DNA of 61,032 nt, counting the filler. It is 3 parts of 3 records of this genome, joined end to end, with 100 filler letters (N's around TTAATTAATTAA, not from the genome) between each part and the next. Parts side by side here need not be neighbours in the genome. Positions count along the whole stretch, not along the records: positions 1 to 26,003 come from DRR723986_9785; positions 26,104 to 35,876 come from DRR723986_9786; 1 more part is not named here. One strand, 5' to 3'. Position numbers and translations under genes: made by a program. Under the pieces are notes generated by a model, which was not told the origin of the DNA, made no database searches, and worked only from the letters and a program-made list of their open reading frames with translations. Position 1 is the first letter of the stretch; each line of letters begins with the position of its first letter. Shown here piece by piece: positions 19,267 through 31,327 of this stretch.

Positions 19267-21004
19267 ACGTATCTGGCGCGCACAGCGAGGCGATACGCTG
19301 CAGCAGCTCGGGCAGGGCAACGGGTTTGAGTAGCAGGGCATCGGCGTTGAATGTTTGTTCATGCTGTCCGCGGCTATTGCCACTGAGCACGATTTTGGGC
19401 ACAGGCTGTGGCCATCTCGACGTTAGTGCAGCAAATACATCGTTGGCGGTGTCGCCATTGGCGAGCTGGCCGTCGCTAATCATGACATCAGGGCTCATCT
19501 CGTCGGCGCCGGGCAGGTCGGCGAGCGCTTCTGCCAGGCTGTTAAAGGCGTAGACATCGGCGCCCCATTCCACCAGCGCCATCGACAATGCGTCGGTGAT
19601 ACGTGGGTCGTCGTCCACAACAATAATGCGCAGCTGGCGCCCCGGTGGTAGAGGAGCCCCTTCACTTGCCGGCACCGCACTGGGCTTTTCCGCTAGTGGC
19701 AGTGCGACGGTGAAGCGGCTGCCTTGGCCGGGAGTGGAGTCCACGCGCAATGTGAGCCCGCACAGTTCGCAGACGCGGCGGACAATGCTCAGGCCCAAGC
19801 CCAGCCCATCTTCGGCGTCATTGGATCGACTGGCTAGCTGGGTAAATTCCTTAAAAATACTGTCGTGGCGCATCGGGTCAATGCCGATGCCGGTGTCACT
19901 AACGGTGAGTTCGAGCTGTTTTTCTGTGTGGTGGCTACTAAGCCGAACGGTGCCGCGTTCGGTGTACTTAACGGCGTTGCCAAGCAGATTGCGCAATAGC
20001 TGGTCGAATAACAGCGGGTCGGTATTAAGCCAGTGTTGGCGCTGCACATCATTGTGTAGTGCCAGGCCTTTTTGTTGGGCCTGAGGTAAGCACTCATTGA
20101 TGAGCTTGGCGAGGTGCTCATCCAGACTGAAGGGCTGGGGTTTGGCGGAGAAGTGCCGGCTTTGCAGGCGGGATAACAGCAGTAATTGCTCCAGCAACTC
20201 CCCGCCGGAGGCGATGGCAGTGAGGATTTTTTCGCTGAGCTCACGGCTCGGTGCATCGCCCTGCTCGTTAATCAGCGAGGCGTAAAGCGACGCGGCTTGC
20301 AGTGGCTGGCGCAGGTCGTGACTGACCGCCGCCATAAATTGATTCTTGCTGCGATTGGCGTGCTCGGCGTCGCGCCGGGCGATATCGGCCTCGATGCGCA
20401 AACGAATATTGTTGAGCTGGGCTTTGTGTATGAACAGGCTGAACGCGGTCAGTGAGCACAAGGTGAGTAAGGGGATGCCTTTGATGAACCAGCTTTGCTC
20501 TGCGTGAAAGCGGACCAGATAGAGCGACAGAGAGATAAACAGCGGCGTAATAAAACTAATGAAGATATCGGGGTACACGCCCATGGACACCGAGGGCGTG
20601 GAGCTGATCAGGGTAATAACAAGCAGGAAAACTAAAATTTTCTCGGTGCTGGCGCCGTGAAAAAATAGGTAGGGCGCAACGCACCAGAGTCCGCTCCACA
20701 TCAGTGCCATGCCAATATTGATGGCGTGCCACTTCTTGATTTTGTCACTTTCACTGTCGCGGTGACGTTTGTAGAAGCTGACGACCAGCAGTGAGACGGC
20801 GCTGGTTGTTAGCACCAGCGTCGCCCATAACAGCGCATCAGCCCGGCTCATGGCGCCGTTAAACGGCAGCAGCAACGCCAGGGCTATGGCTGCGGAAACC
20901 ACAATACGAGACCCCACTTCCGCCATAAACAAATTGTGCCGTTCGCGGGTGATCTGACTTTCCAGCGAGAGGTCGGGTAAGTAGTCGTTAGCAGGTGCTT
21001 TCAT
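19253..21004 (-). CDS. Membrane hybrid sensor histidine kinase (TM-HisKA-HATPase-REC)
   Basis: Several TM helices; SHDLRQPL, NLLGNAVKY, DTGIGI, GLGLGL; C-terminal VVDDD receiver domain. Confidence 0.92.
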   Translation of the reverse strand: MKAPANDYLPDLSLESQITRERHNLFMAEVGSRIVVSAAIALALLLPFNGAMSRADALLWATLVLTTSAVSLLVVSFYKRHRDSESDKIKKWHAINIGMALMWSGLWCVAPYLFFHGASTEKILVFLLVITLISSTPSVSMGVYPDIFISFITPLFISLSLYLVRFHAEQSWFIKGIPLLTLCSLTAFSLFIHKAQLNNIRLRIEADIARRDAEHANRSKNQFMAAVSHDLRQPLQAASLYASLINEQGDAPSRELSEKILTAIASGGELLEQLLLLSRLQSRHFSAKPQPFSLDEHLAKLINECLPQAQQKGLALHNDVQRQHWLNTDPLLFDQLLRNLLGNAVKYTERGTVRLSSHHTEKQLELTVSDTGIGIDPMRHDSIFKEFTQLASRSNDAEDGLGLGLSIVRRVCELCGLTLRVDSTPGQGSRFTVALPLAEKPSAVPASEGAPLPPGRQLRIIVVDDDPRITDALSMALVEWGADVYAFNSLAEALADLPGADEMSPDVMISDGQLANGDTANDVFAALTSRWPQPVPKIVLSGNSRGQHEQTFNADALLLKPVALPELLQRIASLCAPDTFTRA

Positions 21005-21156
21005 CGGGGCATCGTTCAGACAGGGTCAGATCATAGTGTCGCAGCCTGTCATTCTGTTGGCTTCGCCCATCAGAGTGAAGTTTTATTTTTATGGCTTTGC
21101 TTAAATTTCATCCGACGACAAGTGTTCCTGTTAGGTGACTGAGAGATTTAAGCACG

Positions 21157-22746
21157 ATGAAGAGACCCGTTTTTTTCCAAGCAGCCCTGGCGGGCGCAAT
21201 GTTCACCCTCGCTGCCTGTGGCGGTGGTAGTGGTGGTGGCAGTACCACCAGTGTGCCGGAGGGGACGCCGGGAAGTGTTGAGCGCCTGCTCTTTCCTGTG
21301 AACAGCACGTCAATTCCCAGTCAGTTCGACATGTACGCCACTGACGGTAGCGCTGAGGGCACGGGCTTGCTGAAGGACTTCAATGAAGGGCAGCCGGCTA
21401 TACAACAATTTAACGACGGTCGAAACCCGATACTTTTTGATGATGGAAAGTTCTATTTTAGTGCCCAATCCCCCAACGAGGGGCGTGAGCTGCGGGTCAG
21501 TGACGGCACCGAGGCCGGCACATCAGTGCTGGTGGATATCGAAGGCAGTAGCGGTCCGCTGGATTTGCAGTGGATGGATGGCAAGCTGGCGTTCAGCGCG
21601 GGTACAACGGGCTTCGCTCGGGAGTTGTTTGTCTACGATCTCGACGCGGAGACGCTGACAGAAATTGATGTGGGTGGCGTGGCCTCAAAAAACATTCAAG
21701 GCATGCAAACGGTCGGCAACTCAATCTTTATCCTTGGCCGAGGGGTAACATCAGATAGCCGTAATGTTCCTGCGCTGTATGTGAGCGATGGCAGCCAGGA
21801 AGGTACGCAGCTGGTGTTTGTTGAAGGTGAGCCGGTTGGTGGCAGTGTGGCCGTAAAGCAACCGACCGAGTCGCTGGCGGCGCAGCGCGCTGAAGCGCCA
21901 GAAAATGCGCCCTATGTGCTGGCCGACGACGATTTCTACCCCACGAATATCAAACCGTATAGCCTAACGAGCTTCGCCGGGCGGCTGTTCTTTTTGGCCA
22001 ACAATGACCCCAACAACCAAAGCTCGTTGGTACTGTACAGCGTGGCGGAAGACGGCAGTGATGTGCGCCGCGAGCTGGGTGAGGATGTGACCTTCGTTCG
22101 GAATTTAACGGTGGTGGGCGATACGCTGTACTTCTACGCTGACCGCAGTATCAATGCCGCTAACTTCACCCGCCATGTCTACGCCTATGACGGCACCACG
22201 CTGCATGAGAGTGGTGATTTCCCCGAGGGGCTGTTTGCCTCGAATTTTTACGCCACCTCGCTGGGCTTGTTCGTTGTGACCACCAACAACGTGTATCGCA
22301 CTGCGCTTGAAGACGGGGAGTTCACCTTTACCCCCATGCACCCCGGCGACACTATGACCACCTACACGGGCGTCAAATCACGGACGCAGTTCGGTGAGCT
22401 GTTCACCGAAGTTGAGGGCACCATTTACTTCGTGGCTGACACCGTTATTGACGGCACGGCGGTTGGTGAAGAGCTGTGGAAAACAGACGGTAGCGCTGAA
22501 GGCACCTCACTGGCGTTGGAAACGAACGACCTGACGACTGGCGATAATCTGTCTTCAGCGCCACGGCCGCTGTTGGCTCGCTATGCAAACGCGCCCGTAG
22601 TAAGCGGCGAGGTGGCTGGCAAGTTGTTTTTCTCAGCCTATGACAACTCGGCCACACCCACCCTGCATGCCTACATGACAGACGGCACCGCCGAGGGCAC
22701 GGTTAAGCTGCTTGAGCTACCCAACCAAAGTCGCCGGGGCCTGTAG
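21157..22746 (+). CDS. ELWxxDGT-repeat beta-propeller lipoprotein
   Basis: LAAC lipobox; repeats MYATDGSAEGT, ELRVSDGTEAGT, LYVSDGSQEGT, ELWKTDGSAEGT, YMTDGTAEGT. Confidence 0.85.
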   Translation: MKRPVFFQAALAGAMFTLAACGGGSGGGSTTSVPEGTPGSVERLLFPVNSTSIPSQFDMYATDGSAEGTGLLKDFNEGQPAIQQFNDGRNPILFDDGKFYFSAQSPNEGRELRVSDGTEAGTSVLVDIEGSSGPLDLQWMDGKLAFSAGTTGFARELFVYDLDAETLTEIDVGGVASKNIQGMQTVGNSIFILGRGVTSDSRNVPALYVSDGSQEGTQLVFVEGEPVGGSVAVKQPTESLAAQRAEAPENAPYVLADDDFYPTNIKPYSLTSFAGRLFFLANNDPNNQSSLVLYSVAEDGSDVRRELGEDVTFVRNLTVVGDTLYFYADRSINAANFTRHVYAYDGTTLHESGDFPEGLFASNFYATSLGLFVVTTNNVYRTALEDGEFTFTPMHPGDTMTTYTGVKSRTQFGELFTEVEGTIYFVADTVIDGTAVGEELWKTDGSAEGTSLALETNDLTTGDNLSSAPRPLLARYANAPVVSGEVAGKLFFSAYDNSATPTLHAYMTDGTAEGTVKLLELPNQSRRGL

Positions 22747-22985
22747 CGTAAATTTCGAGTGGCCAGATAGGGATGCGCCACTGGCAGGGACTGCTCTAGG
22801 CACGGATGTCGGCAGGGACGCACATTCACCCAAACACCGCAGGTGGTTCTCCGCCTGCGGTGTTCTTGTTTTATAAAATACTGAGAAGGCCCGTGAGTTT
22901 GTCAAAGGGCTTGTAGGGCGCGCGTCGCGGCAGCACCCACAATGGCTATAATAACCCGCTGGCACAATTGGTAAGTGGAGGCCTT

Positions 22986-23504
22986 ATGAGGCGAGTTCAG
23001 CGGGCGCAGTCGCCGTGGTGGCTGTGCGGGCTCTTATCACTCGGGATGAGCCTGGTGTTGGTCTCCCTGATTCAGCCGGTGGCGCTGCCGTGGTGGGCGT
23101 GGCTGCTGATGTTTGTTGTGGTGGTGGCAGTGCTGCGGCGCGGTTATGTCACGCGCAGCGAGCTGGAATGGCGGCAAGGCGAGGGCGAACCTGTGCTTGC
23201 GGGGCTGCGAATTTTTGACCGCTATAGCGTCGTGCCGCTATCGATTGCGATGGACCAGATTAATGCGGTCTACCTCGTCCACTACGCGTCGCTTTGGCAG
23301 TGCCCGCGCGCTCGCGCCGAGGACGAAGCCAACCCCTACCATCGACCGTATCGGCAGATGGGCTATCGCGGCCCGGGTTTGGTATTGCGATATCGCTTGC
23401 CTGCAATGGCGGGCGACCCCTCGACGCTGCGCAGTGTGCAATTGCCGATGCCGGAAGCGGCTGATGTTGAGCGGGCGATAAGTCGCGCGCTTAGCCAGCA
23501 ATAA
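22986..23504 (+). CDS. Hypothetical membrane protein (two N-terminal TM helices)
   Basis: ATG 22986 after GGAGG; hydrophobic Trp-rich N-terminus. Confidence 0.65.
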   Translation: MRRVQRAQSPWWLCGLLSLGMSLVLVSLIQPVALPWWAWLLMFVVVVAVLRRGYVTRSELEWRQGEGEPVLAGLRIFDRYSVVPLSIAMDQINAVYLVHYASLWQCPRARAEDEANPYHRPYRQMGYRGPGLVLRYRLPAMAGDPSTLRSVQLPMPEAADVERAISRALSQQ

Positions 23505-24493
23505 TTGGCTGACCAGCGAGGCCGGTGACAAGTTCGGTGAACAGCAGGCGAGGTGATTCGTCGCTCTGGCCTTTTTGCGCGGCATCCAGGCGGCCGGCGA
23601 GTTGCAGCAGGCGAGAAAGTGAGCCGACGCTGTGTTGGCCTAGGCAGCGCTTGTAAAGATTTTTACGCTTGTCCCACACCCGAGCACCGTCGAGTACACG
23701 ATCGATGCCATTGCCTTGTTCAATGGCGGCAGCGCAGTTGTAGAGGCTGCGCAGCTCGCGGCTGATGGCGCCGAGCATGGGAATTTCTTCGCTGCCTTCG
23801 GCCACCAGGCCGTTGTACATGCTCAGCGCATAGGCGGCGTTACCGGCGAGGGCGGCGTCGATCAATTTGAATACATCGTAGCGGGCGCTGCTTGCCACAG
23901 CGGCGGCGACAGTCTCAACACTGACGGCCTGTTCGCCGAGTAAAATTTTTAGCTTTTGAATCTCTTGGTCTGCGGCGAGCAGATTCCCTTCCACTCGGTC
24001 GGCGAGCAGTTCGGCGGCCTCGCGGTCAGCACTCATACCATTGTCTTTAAGGCGCTGCTGTATCCAGCCGCCAAGCTGGCGGCGGTCTACCGGCCAAATT
24101 TGCATGACGGCGCCCGCTTGGTCGATTGCCTTTACCCATTTGGCATTGAGGCTGCGGCTGTCGAGACGGCCACAGGTGATAAGCAGAATATTGCTGCCGT
24201 CGGCGTGTTCTAAGTACTGTTGCAGGGCAGCGGAGCTTTTCTGGTCCATGCGAGCGCCGCCAAGACGCAGCTCTATCAGTTTGCGGTCGGCAAATAGTGA
24301 TAGGGATTGGCCCGCTTCCAGCAAGGCATTCCAGTCAAAACCGCGCTCGGCCTCCAGAACGTCGCGCTCGGCGATGCCTTGTTGGCGGCAGTGCTGACGG
24401 ATAGCGTCGGCGCATTCCTGCTGAATGAGCAACTCATCGCCGCTCAATAGATACACGGGCAGCAGCTGCTTGGTTAACTGGCTGGCAAGTTGC

Positions 24494-24510
<17 letters not shown>
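23491..24510 (-). CDS. holA: DNA polymerase III delta subunit
   Basis: MRLRPEQL, VYLLSGDE, SLFADRKLIEL, EGNLLAADQEI; follows leuS-lptE. Confidence 0.95.
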
Positions 24511-26003
<1,493 letters not shown>

Positions 26004-26103
26004 NNNNNNNNNNNNNNNNNNNNNNNNNNNNNNNNNNNNNNNNNNNNTTAATTAATTAANNNNNNNNNNNNNNNNNNNNNNNNNNNNNNNNNNNNNNNNN
26101 NNN
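26004..26103. other. Artificial contig spacer
   Basis: 44 N + TTAATTAATTAA (stops in all six frames) + 44 N. Confidence 0.98.
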
Positions 26104-26140
26104 CAAGGGGTCGGGGGTTCGAATCCTCCCCAGTCCGCCA
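26104..26140 (+). tRNA. 3' half of a tRNA, most likely tRNA-Arg (anticodon not visible)
   Basis: CAAG anticodon-stem strand, short variable loop GGGTC, T arm GGGGG-TTCGAAT-CCTCC, acceptor CCAGTCC-G-CCA; identity inferred from resemblance to alphaproteobacterial tRNA-Arg. Confidence 0.75.
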
Positions 26141-26250
26141 CTTTCCCCTAGATAACCTTTGAAAAACACAGCGCTGCGCGTTTGCGCTTGCGTGCCTTGT
26201 GGTGGTGGCTGGTGGTGTGCCCCAGTGTTGCCCCGCGCGTGGCGGCTTTT

Positions 26251-26661
26251 TCAGGCGCCAGGCTCGGTGGGGTCGTTGGAAAACAGCGCGATCTTGTTTC
26301 CTTGCGGGTCACGCAGGTAGGCCACGTAAAAATGTTGCCCGTAAGCTGCGCGAAAACCCGGCTGGCCCTCGTCAGATCCGCCTGCGGCCAGTGCCGCGGC
26401 GTGAAGTGCGCGCACTTGCTTTTGCGACTGCGCCTGAAACGCGACCATAGTGCCGTTTCCAGCGCTGGCGCCTTGCCCGTTGAAAGGTGATTTGACGTAA
26501 AAATCGGGTGCAGTGGCCACCTGCCCTGGCGCAACCGGCAGAATATAGCTGAGGTCCCCGTGGTATTTTTCTAGCTTGTAACCAAGGGGCACCAGAAACG
26601 CCGAATAAAAACATTCGGCCTGTGTCATGTCATCGGCACCTACGGTTACATACGCGATCAT
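26251..26661 (-). CDS. VOC/glyoxalase family protein
   Basis: MIAYVTVG, GNGTMVAF, AYLRDPQGNK. Confidence 0.9.
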   Translation of the reverse strand: MIAYVTVGADDMTQAECFYSAFLVPLGYKLEKYHGDLSYILPVAPGQVATAPDFYVKSPFNGQGASAGNGTMVAFQAQSQKQVRALHAAALAAGGSDEGQPGFRAAYGQHFYVAYLRDPQGNKIALFSNDPTEPGA

Positions 26662-26920
26662 TGGCTGGGCTTTCTGTTATGAACGGTGTGGTGGTGTTCA
26701 TTGCACCATGGGCCGATAGAACGCTATGCACAAATATCTATGCAAAAATACCGCCGCCCATAGTTGATCGATCTATCATAGGCGCCAAACTGGCCCGGGC
26801 GCCACTGCAGGCATTCGGCTGGTGGCGCGCTTTGCGGCTGGCTTGCGTGGCAGGGCGTGGGCCGCTATGCACATGGGGCGCGCGGGCCTGGCCTGCTGGG
26901 TAGTGTAAAAGGTGGCGCCG

Positions 26921-27865
26921 ATGGCGGGTTTTAGCGGGCTGGTGGGGCTGGCCGTTGTCAAGAACGAGGCCGATATCATTGAGGCGATGATACGCCATAA
27001 TTTGCAATTTCTTGATGCGCTGGTTGTGGTGGATAACGCCAGCGCGGATCAAACTGCACAGATTGTGGGGGCGCTTGTGCCAGAATTTTCTGGCCGCTTG
27101 CAGCTGCGCCACGATCCGCGGCTGGGCCATGTGCAACAGCAAATATTGAACGCTTTGATGCGTGAATTGGGGGCAAATCACGATATCGCCTGTTTTGTGC
27201 CCCTGGATGCCGACGAATTTTTGCACGCCGATCGCGCGCAGCTGCGCCGCTGTCTTTTGGCCGAAACCCGGCCCGTGCATCTGCCATGGATCACCTATTG
27301 CCCCAGCGCCAGCGATGATGCCAGCCAGCCAAACCCGGTGCTGCGCATCACCCACAGGCGCCAGCAAGAAGCGGGGCAATATTACAAAACCACCTTTCCC
27401 TGCGCGCTTTTGGGGCAAACCCGGCTTAAGGCAGGCAGCCATTCTGTGGCGCGCCAGCGCGCGTTTGACCCGCAGGTGATCGCGGGGCTGGCGCTGGCGC
27501 ATTTTCCCATTCGCAGCCCCGCCCAGCTATGGGCCAAGGTGGTGATCGGGGCGCTGAACATGCGCTTGCGCACAGGCGCGGCGCAGGGCGAAGGCGCGCA
27601 GTGGCACAGCCTTTATCAGCAGCTGACCAGCGGCGCGGGCCTAAGCCAGGCGCAGTTTCTGCACGCAGCTGCCCATTATGCCGCGCGGCCAAACCACCCC
27701 CCCGTTACCTTAATCAACGATCCGCTGCCCGTGGCCATGGGCGCGCGAAATTTGCGCCACAGCGTGAACGAACACGATGTGCTGGCGCTAAAACTGGCGG
27801 GTTTTGCTGCGGAATGCGTGGCCAAACTGCAGCCCGCCCCTCCAAACCAACAGGCCCCCAAATGA
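26921..27865 (+). CDS. Glycosyltransferase family 2-like protein
   Basis: VKNEADII, VVDNASAD, LDADEF (DxD), HFPIRS; start 26912 or 26921. Confidence 0.85.
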   Translation: MAGFSGLVGLAVVKNEADIIEAMIRHNLQFLDALVVVDNASADQTAQIVGALVPEFSGRLQLRHDPRLGHVQQQILNALMRELGANHDIACFVPLDADEFLHADRAQLRRCLLAETRPVHLPWITYCPSASDDASQPNPVLRITHRRQQEAGQYYKTTFPCALLGQTRLKAGSHSVARQRAFDPQVIAGLALAHFPIRSPAQLWAKVVIGALNMRLRTGAAQGEGAQWHSLYQQLTSGAGLSQAQFLHAAAHYAARPNHPPVTLINDPLPVAMGARNLRHSVNEHDVLALKLAGFAAECVAKLQPAPPNQQAPK

Positions 27866-28731
27866 AAGATCTGATTGCCCTTTTGCAGCCTGAACGGCGT
27901 ATTGAGATCGTCGATGTGGGGGCTGCCGATTTGGAACATGGGCAAAAGCCGCCCTATATGCCCCTTGTGCAGGCCGGTGCCGCCCGTGTGACCGGGTTTG
28001 AGCCCAACCCAGATGAATTTGCCAAACTGCCCCAAACCGAGAACAGGCGCTATTTGCCTTATGCTTTGGGGCAGGGCGGGCAGGCCCAGCTGTATATCAC
28101 CAAGACCCCGGGGTTTTGTTCAACTTTGGCGCCCAATGCAGATGTGGCGGCGCTGATCCATGGGTTTTCCGCCCATATGACGCTGCGCGATCGCCTGGGC
28201 ATAGACACCCAGCGCCTGGATGATCTTGATCAGATCGGGGCGGTGGATTTTCTGAAAATCGATATTCAGGGCGGCGAAACGGCCGTGTTCACCGGTGGGC
28301 AGGCCAAGCTGGCGCGCTGTTTGGCGGTGCAAACCGAGGTGGCTTTTTGGCCGTTTTACGAAAACCAGCCCAGTTTTGCGGACCAAGACCGCGCGTTGCA
28401 GGCGCTGGGCCTGCAGTTTTTTGCCATGCAATCGGTCAATCGCTTTCCGCTGGCGGGCGTGCCGCCGCGGCTGCGCCGCCAAAGCCGGCGGCGTGATGCC
28501 GGCCCATGGGTGGATGGCGATGCGCTCTATATCCGCCAGATTGCACAATGGCCGGGCCTGAGCACCAGCGAATTGCAGCATTTGCTGTTGCTTTTGGCCT
28601 GCGTGACAACCGCGCTGAGCGCGGTGTGCTATCTGGCTGATTTGCTGCAGGCGCGCGGGGCGCTGGGCGCAGCCGAAGTGCGGCAAGTGCAAGATATCGT
28701 GGCGGCGGGGGGGGGCGCAGGGCCGGCTTAG
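27862..28731 (+). CDS. FkbM family methyltransferase
   Basis: IVDVGAA, GFEPN, DFLKIDIQGGE, QTEV; ATGA overlap with the GT2 gene. Confidence 0.9.
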   Translation: MKDLIALLQPERRIEIVDVGAADLEHGQKPPYMPLVQAGAARVTGFEPNPDEFAKLPQTENRRYLPYALGQGGQAQLYITKTPGFCSTLAPNADVAALIHGFSAHMTLRDRLGIDTQRLDDLDQIGAVDFLKIDIQGGETAVFTGGQAKLARCLAVQTEVAFWPFYENQPSFADQDRALQALGLQFFAMQSVNRFPLAGVPPRLRRQSRRRDAGPWVDGDALYIRQIAQWPGLSTSELQHLLLLLACVTTALSAVCYLADLLQARGALGAAEVRQVQDIVAAGGGAGPA

Positions 28732-29810
28732 CCCCTGCCGCCTATGTCTTCGGGGGCCATGGCCACGGTTTTAATCACCGCATAAGTGCGGCAGCCCACC
28801 TGTAGCCCCATCGCCCCCATCGCACGCCGCGTGACACGCGCCAGCAACCGGCCTGCTTGGGTATCAAGCGCCAGCAAGGCGCCGGGGCCTGCGCCCATGC
28901 GAATATCAACTACGCGGCCTTCGATGATGTTCAGGGCCGAAAGGCCCGTAGGCGGGGCGCTGGCCAAAATCACGTCATGGGCGGCAATGCGCACACGCAG
29001 CTTTTGCCCAGGCTGGCCGGCCACGCGGGGCACAAAGAGCGCCACGCCATTGGCGGAAATCTCGGTCAGCCCGTCGCTGTGCTGCTGGGTGATCACCGCC
29101 TGCACCACCGCCCCGGCCGATCGCGCCCCCAAGGGGGTGATGGTGGGGTCGGCCAAGATATCGGTTGCACTGCCCACCGCCACGCTGCGCCCATTTTCCA
29201 GCGCCACAACCGTGGTGGCCAGCCGCGCCACCTCGGCTGGGGAATGGGTGACATAAAGGATGGGAATGTTGAATTCGTCTCGCAGCCGCTCGAAATAGGG
29301 CAAGATCTCGGCTTTGCGGGCCTCGTCTAGGGCGGCCAGCGGCTCGTCTGCCAGCAAGATGCGCGGTTGGGCCAGCAGTGCACGGCCAATGGCCACGCGG
29401 CTTTTCTCGCCGCCCGACAGCTGTGCGGGGCGCCGCGCCAGCAGCGCCCCCAGGCCCAGCATTTCGACCACCTGTGCCTGCAACCTGCGATCGGCGCGGC
29501 GCATCCAACGACCATAAAGCAGGTTTTGCTGCACGCTCATATGCGGAAACAGCCGCGCATCTTGAAAGATATAGCCCAGATGCCGCTTGTGCGTGGGCAG
29601 GTGCAGGCCGCGGGCGCTGTCAAACACGGTTTCCCCCCCAAGCGTGATTTGGCCCTGATCGGGGCGCAACAGCCCCGCCACAGCATTGATAACGCTGGTT
29701 TTGCCCGAACCAGATCTGCCAAACAAAACCGTCAGCCCGGCGGGCACGGCAAAATCGACCTGCAGCTGAAAGCGCGGCAGCCTATGGGTAAGGCGCACAG
29801 ACAAGCTCAT
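28728..29810 (-). CDS. modC: Molybdate ABC transporter ATPase
   Basis: GRSGSGKT, LSGGE, DEPLAALD, C-terminal TOBE/mop region; ATG 29810. Confidence 0.95.
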   Translation of the reverse strand: MSLSVRLTHRLPRFQLQVDFAVPAGLTVLFGRSGSGKTSVINAVAGLLRPDQGQITLGGETVFDSARGLHLPTHKRHLGYIFQDARLFPHMSVQQNLLYGRWMRRADRRLQAQVVEMLGLGALLARRPAQLSGGEKSRVAIGRALLAQPRILLADEPLAALDEARKAEILPYFERLRDEFNIPILYVTHSPAEVARLATTVVALENGRSVAVGSATDILADPTITPLGARSAGAVVQAVITQQHSDGLTEISANGVALFVPRVAGQPGQKLRVRIAAHDVILASAPPTGLSALNIIEGRVVDIRMGAGPGALLALDTQAGRLLARVTRRAMGAMGLQVGCRTYAVIKTVAMAPEDIGGRG

Positions 29811-30502
29811 GTGCCCTGCACCCGTTTTGCTGCGCGCCGCGCCAGCCATTCCGAGGCCAGCAAAGCCCCCATCGCCACAATCACCGACACCACCACCAGC
29901 CGCAGCGCTGCGGGTTCGCCGCCGGGGGCCTGCAAAAACGCATAGATGGCCGATGGCACGGTTTGGGTTTGGCCGGGGATATTTGAGACAAATGTAATCG
30001 TTGCCCCAAATTCGCCCATCGCTTTTGCAAAGGCCAGCACCGCCCCGGCAATAATGCCCGGCACTATCAGCGGCAGGGTGATGGTGGCAAAAACCCACAG
30101 CCGCGAGGCGCCCAAGGTGGCGGCGGCCTGTTCTAATTTTGGGTCAACCGCCTCGATCGACAGGCGAATGGCGCGCACCATCAGCGGAAAGGCCATGATG
30201 GCCGCCGCCAGCACCGCCCCCGTCCAGCGAAAGGCCAGCGTGATGCCCAGCTGCGACAGCAGCGCCCCAAGCGGGCCATTGATGCCAAAAACCACCAACA
30301 AGATATAGCCCGTCACCACCGGCGGCAGGATCAGCGGCAGATGCACCAGCCCGTTCACCAGCGCCTTGCCGGGAAAGTGCCAGCGCGCCAGCGCATAGGC
30401 GGTGAAAATGCCCAAGGGCAGGCTAAGCGCCATGGCCCAAAACGCCACTTTCAACGACAGCGCAACCGCCTGCCATTCGTCAGGGCCCAGCCAGCCGCTC
30501 AT
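29807..30502 (-). CDS. modB: Molybdate ABC transporter permease
   Basis: LPLILPPVVTG, EQAAATLGA, GEFGATI. Confidence 0.95.
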   Translation of the reverse strand: MSGWLGPDEWQAVALSLKVAFWAMALSLPLGIFTAYALARWHFPGKALVNGLVHLPLILPPVVTGYILLVVFGINGPLGALLSQLGITLAFRWTGAVLAAAIMAFPLMVRAIRLSIEAVDPKLEQAAATLGASRLWVFATITLPLIVPGIIAGAVLAFAKAMGEFGATITFVSNIPGQTQTVPSAIYAFLQAPGGEPAALRLVVVSVIVAMGALLASEWLARRAAKRVQGT

Positions 30503-31278
30503 TGCCCGTCACCGGGCAGGGTGAAGCCGTGTTTTACAAATACCCCGCCCGCAGCCGGGCTGCGCAGATAGGCGATAAAGGCATCTTCGGCGGCGCTGTT
30601 ACGATTGGCCAGATCGGCAATGGGGTAGGTAATGGCCGGGTGGCTGCCCGGGGGAAAATCGGCCAATACCTGCACGCGCGGCTCGGCCAATGCGTCGCTG
30701 GCATAGACAATGCCCAAAGGGGCCTGCCCGCTGGCCACCAGGGCCAAAGCGCTGCGCACATTGTCGGTTTGGGCCACATGGGGGGCCAATTCCTGCCATT
30801 GGCCAAAGTGCATAAGCGCGGCCTTGCCATAGATGCCGGCGGGCACGGCATTCACCATCGCCATGGCCAGCTTGCCCCCGCCCAGCAGGGGCAGCAGCCG
30901 CGTTTCTGGCCCCAGTTGGGCCAGGGCAGGGCGCGGCCCGCGGGGCGCCACCAGCACCAGGCGGTTGCCCAGCAGGGTATGGCGGCTCTGCGGCTCTAGC
31001 AGCCCTTGTTCTTGCAGCACATCCATCCAGGCGGCATTGGCCGATATAAACACATCCGCCGGCGCCCCATGTTGTATTTGGCGGGCCAGGGCCGACGAGC
31101 CTGCCAATGACACATCTACACGGTGCCCGGTGTCACTCTCGAACTGCGGCACCAGCGCGTCTAGCGCGTTTTTCAGGCTGGCTGCGGCAAATACCGTAAC
31201 CACCTGCCCGCTGGCCCAGGCCATGTGGCCAAAGCCGAGGCTGAAAAGCGCGGCAAGAAAAAGGCGATGCGGGGCCAT
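30499..31278 (-). CDS. modA: Molybdate-binding periplasmic protein
   Basis: VFAAASL, GSSALARQI, PADVFISA, VPAGIY, GIVYASDA; start 31278 or 31302. Confidence 0.95.
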   Translation of the reverse strand: MAPHRLFLAALFSLGFGHMAWASGQVVTVFAAASLKNALDALVPQFESDTGHRVDVSLAGSSALARQIQHGAPADVFISANAAWMDVLQEQGLLEPQSRHTLLGNRLVLVAPRGPRPALAQLGPETRLLPLLGGGKLAMAMVNAVPAGIYGKAALMHFGQWQELAPHVAQTDNVRSALALVASGQAPLGIVYASDALAEPRVQVLADFPPGSHPAITYPIADLANRNSAAEDAFIAYLRSPAAGGVFVKHGFTLPGDGQ

Positions 31279-31327
31279 GTGCGTTCCGTGCTGTTGCCCC
31301 ACCGGCGTAGCCTGCGGGGGCGGGGCC

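Noticed and set aside
26048-26059. TTAATTAATTAA palindrome as a biological site
   Set aside because: Embedded in Ns and repeated identically at 35921-35932; it is a six-frame stop linker.
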